Assembly (NCBI GenBank): GCA_048013815.1
Contig: CM106586.1
Location: forward strand, 1,178,001-1,242,000
Length of the DNA: 64,000 nt
Direction: 5' to 3'
Origin: Setoptus koraiensis
Lineage: Eukaryota; Animalia; Arthropoda
Below are positions 12,106-21,777 of the stretch, in pieces. The notes under the pieces were generated by a model, which was not told the origin of the DNA, searched no databases, and saw only the letters and a list, made by a program, of their open reading frames with translations. A program made the position numbers and the translations under genes. Numbering within the stretch: position 1 is the first letter of the stretch; each line of letters starts with the position of its first letter.

Positions 12106-14290
12106 GTTCAGCTAGAATTGCATCATTAGAGGCGCAACAACACAAAATGAATGGAGCAAACAATGGAAATTTGTTAATTAGTTCCGACCAACTAACACAC
12201 ACTAACTACAACAACAATCACACCTCTTCGTTTATCTATAGATTTGACATAAGTGAAACAAGATTTGATTCAAATGAGCGCCTGTTAGAGGCAGAGTTGC
12301 ACCTGTATAAATTGTTACCTTTGCAATTGTTACATAATAATAACAACAAAATTATCAATAATAATAATGGTGATCGCAATAGTGGACAAATGGTCGATTT
12401 CAACAAATCTGCGACCAGTGTCCATGATGATAAACGATATGAAAAGTCCCATTGGTATCCTCATTGGTATCCAACAAGCGATTTCTTAATCTATGATGCT
12501 AGTTCTGGTCAAGTGAGAGATAGTCAAGCGGCAACTCAGGCAACTGGAAGAAGTCCAACGACAACACGTTCAACGGCAGAGACAACGGCGATAACAGTCA
12601 CCAGTAGCAGACAATGTAATCTCAAGACCAACCTACTTGAAGTAAGTGTATCCAATATGGTACCGTTAAGGCAACCTTTCCTTCCAATAGTTTGTCTCAC
12701 AATATTTGCTAACACACATCCTTGCCCTTTTATTACAGGTGAGTTTATATCAGATATTGTCTGATCCTGATGGTGATAGTGATTTTAAACCAAACGATTT
12801 ACGCCTCTTAGATCTTAGAAGAATCGATCTAGAGTCTGTTGGCTGGGAAGTGTTCTATGTCAAGCAAGCTGTGATTGATTGGATGGTCAAAGGACATAAG
12901 AACAAAGGTGATTATTGCACTAGAATTGTCTTGCTGATGCTATTACTATTGTTATAGTGCTAATCTTAATCCTTCATCTATTCTATCTTTTCTATTGACA
13001 ACTTTAGGCTTCTTACTGAAAGCTAGATCCATGCTTAATGAGAGACTAGAAGCCGGTTGCCTTAGATTCTCCGCCTTAATTGATACAACTCACTATATAA
13101 AACAATCGGATCATTTGAACACATCGACATCATCATCAACAAGGGATCACAAAAGTAATCCATTTCAGCCTATTCTAGTTATCTATACTGATGATGGAAT
13201 TGAAAAGAGTCCATTGTCGCAGCCAATCAAAGAGGCCTTAGGTGAGCTATTTTCTCTAATCGACTATCATATCACTTGTTTCATCAATATATCAATTAAT
13301 TAATCAAAGTAATTTTATATCAACACATGCCGTTTATCTACAACAGATAATAATATCTATGGCTATAGGTCCACTGATCCACCTGAGGGACCAACAAAAG
13401 TCAGTGAGTTGACATCGGATCAGCAACTTACAATAGATGACATCACCATTAATGACGCCATGCTCTCTAATGGCAAGACCGGAAGTGGCAATAATGTGAT
13501 AAGCTACAATACTAGTAATTTTAACAACAAGATGATTATCGGTTCGGCCAACAACAGCAAAAATGAGCAAAAGTGCCTGAAAATGCCAATCTTGCTAAAT
13601 GTCAGCAACATCATGCATAATCAAGCAATCATGCCTCACAGTAAGTAGCTTAGTTTAATCAAGAAACCATTCCTCCTTAATGTCGCTAAACTCGAACAAT
13701 TTAATCAATATAACAAACTGTTGTTTATCTTGCACCTGTTTCATGATATCGAAACAGAAATAGATCTCAATCAATGCACCATCAGGCAAAGATCATCCGG
13801 GGACCGCAAGCCAGAGAGTCTAGTGAATCTGGCATCAGGAAATCAGTCAATATTGTTAAATCAATCAACAACTATTCATGCAAAATTGATACGTCAACTA
13901 GTGAAATTGGAGCAACTTACCAGAAAGTTCTGTCAACAAATTTCGTACCTCGCTGAGAAACAAAAGCAATCGAATCAAATGAGAATAGATTACAACAAGA
14001 ACGATCCATCTGGCAGTGAGAAGCTTAAATTGATAGAGGAGTTATTTGCTGTGAGTTCATGCAATTATGGAACCAATAGACAAGTACCAGTAGATTCTTC
14101 ATTTTTTGAATTGCTTGCCACTCAAAATGCTGGTGATTCTATCCTGTCGCCATGTAGTATAAATTGTACAGATATCACTACTAAGTCATCAATGAAATTG
14201 TCACCGATAAATCTATTGTATCATAGTGCTGACCACCAGGTGGTATTACGTCAGCTCAATGACGTGGTGACAGTTGGGTGCCGTCCCCTC

Positions 14291-14293
<3 letters not shown>
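12106..14293 (+). CDS. admp: ADMP-like (anti-dorsalizing morphogenetic protein) TGF-beta superfamily protein, 5' exon(s) not located, mature domain degenerate
   Basis: Five frame-compatible exons with GT..AG introns: 12106-12641, 12739-12907, 13008-13241, 13347-13640, 13758-14293 (588 codons plus stop). Prodomain motifs are ADMP-type: FIYRFDIS..ERLLEAELHLYKL, EVSLYQIL, LRLLDLRRI..SVGWEVFYVKQAVIDW, LRFS...RDHKSNPFQPILVIYTDDG. The C-terminus SPINLLY..VVLRQLNDVV matches ADMP FSINLLY..VVLKQYDDMV. The first exon found begins in phase 1, so the signal-peptide exon lies upstream. Confidence 0.8.

Positions 14294-14326
<33 letters not shown>
14292..14326. repeat. (AG)n microsatellite beginning inside the ADMP-like stop codon
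   Basis: ctc TAG agagag... seen directly. Confidence 0.9.
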
Positions 14327-14329
<3 letters not shown>

Positions 14330-14454
14330 CGCATTACACACAATTGCACTGTAAACTAACTGTAATCTATGAGAATAAATAATTGTATTATAAACTGATT
14401 GATGTCATCCCATCGCAGAATTCTGCAACAATGCGTTTCGACTAAACTCAATCA

Positions 14455-15627
14455 TTATTTTGCTGCCGCTTTCAGTCTCTTCAATACCTTGGACCAATAT
14501 TCAGGAGTAGTTTTCACTTCTCTGGTTTCTATTCTGAGCCTATCCTCTGGACTGGCATTGGCCAAGTATTTTTTCATGGCTTCAATATAGTCGACTACGC
14601 TCTCTAAATGGCGTCTGTCATATTCTTTTCTCTCGTCAGGTTTTAAATCACGCCACTGCGAAACAGCTACTTCGAGTTTGTTTTTTGGATTTGTAATTTG
14701 GCTATGGTCTAAAGCTGCCATTGTTTCAGCACAGAATACTAGATATGATGATCTTGCCGGTGGTAATGGTCTACCGAACATCCTATGTTCGTATTTCAAG
14801 TTGTCTTTCTCTGATATAGTTTGCTTCGATCGTTTTAGAGTAACATCTGGGTAGGCCGCTGTATATTCTGCGAGCTCTCGTTCATAACGTTCTTGTTCCT
14901 CTTTGGCTTTTCGAATCCAACGAAATTTTTTCTTGTCTGGCAAGAGAAGATAATCACGTCTTAGCAACTTTCTCGTGTTTTCATCCTTGGTTTCGATTTT
15001 ACTGATTTTACTGGCAACATAGAGTTGCACAGCTGAGTGTGGAGATTTAGGAGGTGGTGGACGGGCTGCTTTTAATTGTCTCTTTCTCTTTTTTACTTTT
15101 TGTAGTCCCTCTGCCGTAGGAGTATTTTCTATAAAGTGATCCAATTGCTTCTGATAAGCCTTCATATCTTCTTCATATTGATCTATGTATTTTTGTTTCT
15201 TATTCTCGGGCAAATTCTCGTATTTTTCCCTATACTTCTCTTTAGCTTGTCTAAGATCATCCTTGTTTGCATAAGTTTTTGAGCCAATTTTATGTTCAAT
15301 AAATCGTACTAAAGCTGTCTTTGGTTTTCTCGGTGGCGCAAATACTTTTTTGAGCATTGAATCAGAACTGGTTTTTAACTCGGCGACGACCTCGTTCAAT
15401 TTTCTAAATTTTCTTGCCCTTGAGATTAACTTTTCGCCTAGAAGTTGGCAATCTGAATTCGAATAGGGACCAAATTTTATTGCGTCCCAGTCGATTATTT
15501 TCAATATCTTTGTATAAGGTCTATCTATTGATGCGTCAGGGTGATTCTCAATCCTGTCGAGGAGTGTCCCGACGTCACCATTAGTCCATTTGGCAGGAAT
15601 GTCATTTGTCTTGGTGTTGTTTTCCAT
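14455..15627 (-). CDS. UBTF: Upstream binding factor / nucleolar transcription factor 1 (multi-HMG-box), 390 aa, intronless
   Basis: UBF N-terminal dimerisation domain (KWTNGDVGTLLDRI..IDWDAIKFGPYSNSDC..RKFRKLNEVV), then three HMG-box-like repeats (PPRKPKTALVRF, PKSPHSAVQLY, PLPPARSSYLVF). First ATG is at 15627; the ORF track starts at a TTG. Confidence 0.85.
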   Translation of the reverse strand: MENNTKTNDIPAKWTNGDVGTLLDRIENHPDASIDRPYTKILKIIDWDAIKFGPYSNSDCQLLGEKLISRARKFRKLNEVVAELKTSSDSMLKKVFAPPRKPKTALVRFIEHKIGSKTYANKDDLRQAKEKYREKYENLPENKKQKYIDQYEEDMKAYQKQLDHFIENTPTAEGLQKVKKRKRQLKAARPPPPKSPHSAVQLYVASKISKIETKDENTRKLLRRDYLLLPDKKKFRWIRKAKEEQERYERELAEYTAAYPDVTLKRSKQTISEKDNLKYEHRMFGRPLPPARSSYLVFCAETMAALDHSQITNPKNKLEVAVSQWRDLKPDERKEYDRRHLESVVDYIEAMKKYLANASPEDRLRIETREVKTTPEYWSKVLKRLKAAAK

Positions 15628-17083
15628 CGTCAATAAATTGGTCTGATATAATAATGATATTGATAATAATTAAGTGCAAATTAATATAATTAAAGAGTTA
15701 AAATTAAAATAAATTAAACATGGCTCTCAACAGGCTGTCTATGCAGTTCTGGTCAGCTGCAAGTACCATGCATGCAATAATTTTTGAGCATCTCTAATTC
15801 AAGCATCGATGGGAGAATAAACGTTGAATTTAGTGCCATGTCATTAAAGAGCTGTGCTTGTGGAATCTCTAAACTCCCATCAACGGTATTTTCTGTTCAC
15901 AGACAAACAAAATTGCTTCTTACTGCTTGATATAAAAGAAGCGCGTTAACAGGGCGCGAAATTCAATGTGGAAATCATTCAGAATGATTCATTCTCAACC
16001 GCGCTTCCCCGTCCCCACATGCCAATCTAATGATATTGAATTCTGTATTCGCAAGTATTCGCTGATTCAATTTGAACGATCCTCTCGGAGTAGTCCCATC
16101 CACGATGGTTGCCTCGAAGAGGTGTAGACAAAATTCTAGCTAAACCTTCAATCATTGATTAGCTGATGATGATGTAGTTTGGGCTAGAGCGAGGGGACTG
16201 TATTTACTTGTTAATTACTTTCATAACCCTACAATACGCCTGGTTGCTTTGGCGATACTGAGTGCCACACTGAGGAATCTCAGTTTCGACAGTTCGAGAG
16301 TAGGAAAAGTCCACAAGAAAGAGCCTTGGCTTCAGGAAGGAAAAGTAATCGACTTGGTCAACAAATGTTTATTCGGCGGAAGAAGAAATCGACATTCATC
16401 CGGATTGGAGAGGCTAGATACATCGATACATCTATCTCCCTATGTAAAGCATGGGAAAGGTCTTTGATCGATCGCATCGAGAAATCGCGCCGCCTAAACT
16501 TGATATACACCCAGTGACATTCATGTAATTTTACGAAATGAATAGTGAATGGTGATTAAATCGTTAAACTTATCTCGTGTTACCACTGTCCCATTTTTAT
16601 GCGATACTTAACACAGCTAACATATGTTACATTGATTGCTGCTATAAAATGTCATGCCGAGCACAAAGTGTTTGAATTATAAAGATGCATCTAGAGACAA
16701 TCTTTTGAAAGGTGAGCCTGCGTTTGAAAGATTATTGCTTCCATAAATGACAAAGAATTGATGATCAAATATCGAAAACTGTGACTCTTAACGCTCATTC
16801 TCAAGATGACATTTTCAGCTCTGAAAATGTACATCTATTTCTTATCTGTGCTTTGATCGAACGGTAGTCTTTCCATGCTCGAACGTGCAATCTCGATGAA
16901 CTTGAGATTGACAGTTGCAACATTCGTGCCGACTGTCATGTTTGGCTATCGTTATCGGGATATTTTGTGATAACTTTCATTTCGCAACCCATTACATTAT
17001 TCCAATAAAAGTTATCAAATTTCAATCAAACACGCCTGCGCACTTAGTCTCATCAACAAAGGAAACCATTGCTCTTAGCTAAT

Positions 17084-17141
17084 ATGCTCTGGCTCTGACG
17101 ATTGTTCGATGCTCTGGCTCTGACAATTGTTCGATGCTCTG
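17084..17141. repeat. 25-bp tandem repeat, ~2.3 copies
   Basis: atgctctggctctgac(g/a)attgttcg twice, plus atgctctg. Confidence 0.9.
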
Positions 17142-17321
17142 CCGTCGATAGTTTCTTTTGGAACATTTGTAATCATTTTAGTCTTCTTTAGAATAATAGA
17201 GAGTACAAGGTTTTTTGAAAATCATTATCATTTCAACAGAAGCAATAACATCGCGTCTATTGTCCACATTGTCGAAAATTGATCGAGTCGAAAACGGAAA
17301 AAAACAAATATTCAAACCAAA

Positions 17322-17869
17322 ATGTCCAACGGTAAATAATAAACTTCGTTATATCTCTTAAGATTATCCACATTTAATAACTTCTCAGTAAAGTCAAGTA
17401 TTTATCACGTTATTGTATTTCTTCGAATCTCCAGAATACGTCAACCCAAATTATCTACCTCCGCCTTATGACGGGGGTACCCCTCTGGGAGGAATGCAGA
17501 ATCAAACGACAAACAAACTCGATGAGCCACGAAACTATCCATTTTATGTGCCTCAAATGCCGCAAGTTCAACATACGCAAATAACGCCATACATGCAGCC
17601 TATTCCAAACAATGGCTCCACACATGTCGCAGTAACCACCGATATCAGAAAAGGGGCTCAATGTTGCTGCTGCTGTTGCACTTGTCCATGTTGGGTTTGT
17701 ATGACAATTATATTGGTAAGTTGGCGAAAAGTATTCCAATCATCAGCTTATACTACATGAACTGGGTTATTTGTAAACTAATTTTTCTTTCTTAACGTCC
17801 GTCCTGTATCAGGTACCAATGTTGATTTTTCTTTTAGTGGCTATTGGAGCCAACATTATATCCCGATGA
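17322..17869 (+). CDS. Small Pro/Gln-rich PPPY-motif protein with poly-Cys and C-terminal TM helix (CYSTM-like), 115 aa
   Basis: Exons 17322-17331, 17435-17715, 17813-17869 with canonical GT/AG introns in matching phases. Product: MSNEYVNPNYLPPPY...KGAQCCCCCCTCPCWVCMTIILVPMLIFLLVAIGANIISR. Confidence 0.7.
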
Positions 17870-18584
17870 AATATGATACAGTTGAAAAAATGAGGAAGAT
17901 ATGGAAATGAAAGATTTTGATACATCGAGCGAAGCCGACCTATTCCATTCCGACTTTCTATCAACAGTTGTCTTGTCATTCAAATCAACGTTGTGCTGGC
18001 CATCACCTGACACCTTCATAATCAAGCGACCAGATCTTCTTCCCAGTGAAGATCGCTATATCACATGCTACTGTAAAACCACATTAAACCTTATAACTCG
18101 TTCGTTGCTTGTATGATCCAATGCAACAACTGATAACCTATTTCAAATCAAACTGAATTTCGTATATCTTTTTCAGATGCATCATGTTAATGGTCTGAAG
18201 TTTTCTTTCAATCAATGAAATACGACGCGACGGATAGTTCAAACAATGTAACAACTAGCTTTATTTCATTTCGCGATATATTGTCGGAAATCAACCAGAT
18301 CAACCATTTTCTAAGTCATTTCGATAACGACCATTGCAAATGACTTGAAATTGTTCCAAAAATGACGAGCGTCCATTTTGGCCTTCTGCAAACTATCATC
18401 ACCAAATTCTATTATTCGTATCAATTTCTAAAATTTTTGAGTAGCCTTAGATTCATCATCACTGACCTTCTGCAGTGATTTTGCTGGATAAGATGAACGA
18501 TACAACAATAATTAATAACGATGAAAATTTGAAATTCGTATATATCATAATAGATATTAAAAAGGAATATGAGGTGTGTGAGCA

Positions 18585-20093
18585 CTAGCGCTCTCGATAC
18601 TGATTTTTTTTGCGACTTAACAATTTACCTAACAAAAGATTTCCCAAATCGAGCAGAGCTTCGGGAGTTTGCGAAACGTATCTACTAAACGAATATTTAG
18701 TATTGTCGACAACACTGGCGGCATCCTTGAGAGTGGGCAAAGACTTCCTTTGGTTTGTGAAATATGGCATTCTCAGTCGCTCAAAGGGATCGTCCAACAA
18801 ATTAGCCATGCGGTATCTATCTCTGAACTCCGGTTCTTGCAACACCTCTAACGTTCTCTCGGGGTGGTTAGTGATGATAGCATCAATTCCGAACCTGTAC
18901 GAACAAGAATCGGACACAAATGTGTAAATTGGCGTAATTAATGAATATGCAAAGTTGATCGTTGTTAGCTGAATAATGTATGATATTTTTCATGACATAA
19001 ACTTTGTCTGATGATAAGACGAAAGACTTACCCCAGCACCTTTCTCATGTGTACAATAAGATCCACCGTCCAAAAGTAGATCTTCTTAAAGAATTGGCCC
19101 TGGTCTCTGGCGAGTGCGGCCTCTTTAAGTCTGCCGAAATCTCGCAAGAAACTGCCACAATTTGTTATTCCATCTCCTTGCCAGATGTTAGTTGTTACAT
19201 TATTGAATTGGCGCCACATACCTAATATGTCTCCAACAGGATCGTTCATGCTAACATCAAAGCCAACGTTTCGTTGTAGATTTACCATATTGTTTGTATT
19301 GACATGTTCCAAGAAACTGCCAATGAGATATTTATCTTGGACATGATTGACGCACAGAATTATTTTGACAAATCTTGGCCCATTTCCGTATATGTATTTA
19401 TCTATTAGTTTGGCTAGATGAATACCCGCTGCCGTTTTACTTTGTTCACTCAAATTACTCAATTTTAAATCAAGCATGATCAACGTCAGATCATTTGGAT
19501 ACGAATGATGGACACCTGATGATATAATAGTGACACAAGATAATGGAAGGACGAACAATCAGTTTCAGCTAACTTTACTAGAAAGTGAATTTAAGTAACC
19601 AGAAAAAGTGTTAGTTGCGTTTCTATATACTTGTGTCAGTGATTGTGGCCAAATATTTGAGATATTTCACGAAACTTTCCTGATAGGTGCAATGTCTGGT
19701 GCAATCGCAGGGTAGTCCGTGAAAAACTTCTTTTGGATAGCCATCTTTGTCGAAGACTACGTCAATTTCTAGAGCATTAGCACCTGCCCTAAATAGTAAA
19801 AGGACAATCAAATATTAACCATTATCATCTGTTGTGAGTTAATGCGCATTAATGCTATTGATTTGACAGTTAAAGTTGACTCACTTAAGTGATTCATGGA
19901 TTTCTTTGAATGAGTTTGCCATGTGAGCTATATTCCAGAATGGTATTCGATCATCTTTAGCTGCAACAATTGCTCCTCCAATTGTAGCTGTTGCAGTGTA
20001 ATTATCATAATAGTTTTGTCCAATAACAGTTCCAACGCAAAAAACAAATCCTATCCATATCGGAATCCAAAGCGTCCACATTAATGAAACCAT
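18585..20093 (-). CDS. Secreted sphingomyelinase D / SicTox-like (dermonecrotic-toxin-like) phospholipase D, 386 aa
   Basis: Exons 20093-19885, 19788-19631, 19515-19032, 18894-18585 with compatible phases. Signal peptide; DDRIPFWNIAHMANS (catalytic His); GANALEIDVVF (E-x-D Mg site); FHGLPCDCTRHC (second His plus class II cysteines); IMLDLKL; IWQGDGITNC; YFWTVD; GIDAIITNHP; plug motif RMANLLDDPF. Confidence 0.93.
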
Positions 20094-21573
20094 ACCTGGA
20101 TGATACGTTGGACTTGAAAATGTTAAAATGAAAAATGATTTGCTGGCCAGCTCAGAACATTTCATTTGTTGCTCTGTCTATTATTTGGCAATGTTACAAT
20201 GTATCAAGATAGTAGTATTAAATGGTTGTTACGCACAGACAAGCAACAATAATAATTTATTTCAAGCATCATTGACTCTCCGACATGCATATTATCAAAG
20301 GACTGTGTGTGACTGTATAATTAGTCTAGAATTGGGAATTATATTGTTTTTTAGCGGACCATTTCATTAATTTTTATCCAGTACATTAATACATCATAAA
20401 CGAATATCATCATGTCGCCAAGCTGTTTGTATTATCTGTAAGTTACATAAACATACAGATTTTTCACTCGTCTGGGCCTGTTTTACGCTACAATTATTAC
20501 TACGACTGCTGTTGCGGCATAGTTAGTTATTTTCAGTCGAATTGACTTTTAATGAATTCGTTTTGACTGAGACTCCCATTTTGTCGTCTTACTACATACT
20601 TCCATACATACATGCATGTCATCAAAACATGTTTCTGTTTTTGCTAATTCCAAATACAGATCAATGTAGATGGAATCAGTAAAAACTCTCCAATGAGATG
20701 GAGATTCGAGATACCAATCAGCAGTAGTTTAGCATATCCCCGAGCACTTGTTGCTGTTACCTGTTACCAAGCTCAATTGAAGGTGCTATTCGTTGGCTAC
20801 AAGTTGCGTCGTCAAATGGCCGCTCTATCCTTGATACTGTACACGCTATACGGAATTTTATTACAGTAAACGATAATACATTTGTAAGAGTGCCAAGTGC
20901 AAATTAGTTACTACAAAGATTCAAACATCCATGGATGCACTCGACCGATTGATTGATCGGATCCAATCAAATCGAATAGAACAGGAAGAAACCAACGAGA
21001 TTCGCGAGACCATTTTCTCGCGGCCACTTGCTAATATTGGCTCTCGACCATTCTGAATCAAGCATGGAGAAGTTTGTCTAGAGGCGCAAAAATAATAATT
21101 AGACTTGTTATGTGTTATGTTTATTTAAACATTCAAAAATGTTGACTGACATGGAGATAATGAGAGTGGCGCGAAACATGGCGCTTTGTATAAAGATTCA
21201 TAGTTATTTAACTAAAGTAAATTAGCTTAATCATTGTCACATGACATTGATTGTGTGTGAATACACTGTCGTTCATTGAATCTATCCATAATACTGCTAT
21301 TTGCATCAGATTAAAAGAGATCCACATTGTTGTTTATGTGGCATTATTTCTCGTTTCGTTGTGAAAAGTGCCGGAATAGTTTCTATTTGTTCATTTTTTG
21401 GCAATAGGATGACGATGACGACAATGACAAGTGTACGAATAAGTATAAAAGTATAGTTGTCGAATAGTGAATCATTTTTGTTTTGTTGAATAATTAATTG
21501 TTATTTGTATTTGAAGTTAGTTTGTTAGATTTGATGAGTTAGTTAAAGGGAGATGACCAGATAATAATGATAA

Positions 21574-21777
21574 TTACCAATAATGTGGACAGTGACATTT
21601 TTTATCATCACTTATAACAATGGCGCCTTTCTTGTCTTTCAAGATGAACTTGCCCTTCAGAAACAAAATATCTGTTCCTTTTCCTTTGCCACATTCAACG
21701 AATGGTTGTATCTGGATCATAAGCATTATGGTCAGTGCGGCTAACATAATGATGATCGTTTTGCTGTTAGTGTGCAT
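21574..21777 (-). CDS. Small secreted Lys-rich peptide (67 aa), possibly cuticle-associated
   Basis: ATG-started ORF with a clear signal peptide ending FVEC|G. Mature part is GKGKGTDILFLKGKFILKDKKGAIVISDDKKCHCPHYW. A TATAAAAA lies on the minus strand at 22006-22013. Confidence 0.65.
   Translation of the reverse strand: MHTNSKTIIIMLAALTIMLMIQIQPFVECGKGKGTDILFLKGKFILKDKKGAIVISDDKKCHCPHYW

Noticed and set aside
20929-21054. 41-codon ORF MDALDRLIDRIQSNR...
   Set aside because: Short, with no motif, splice context or signal; compatible with chance.
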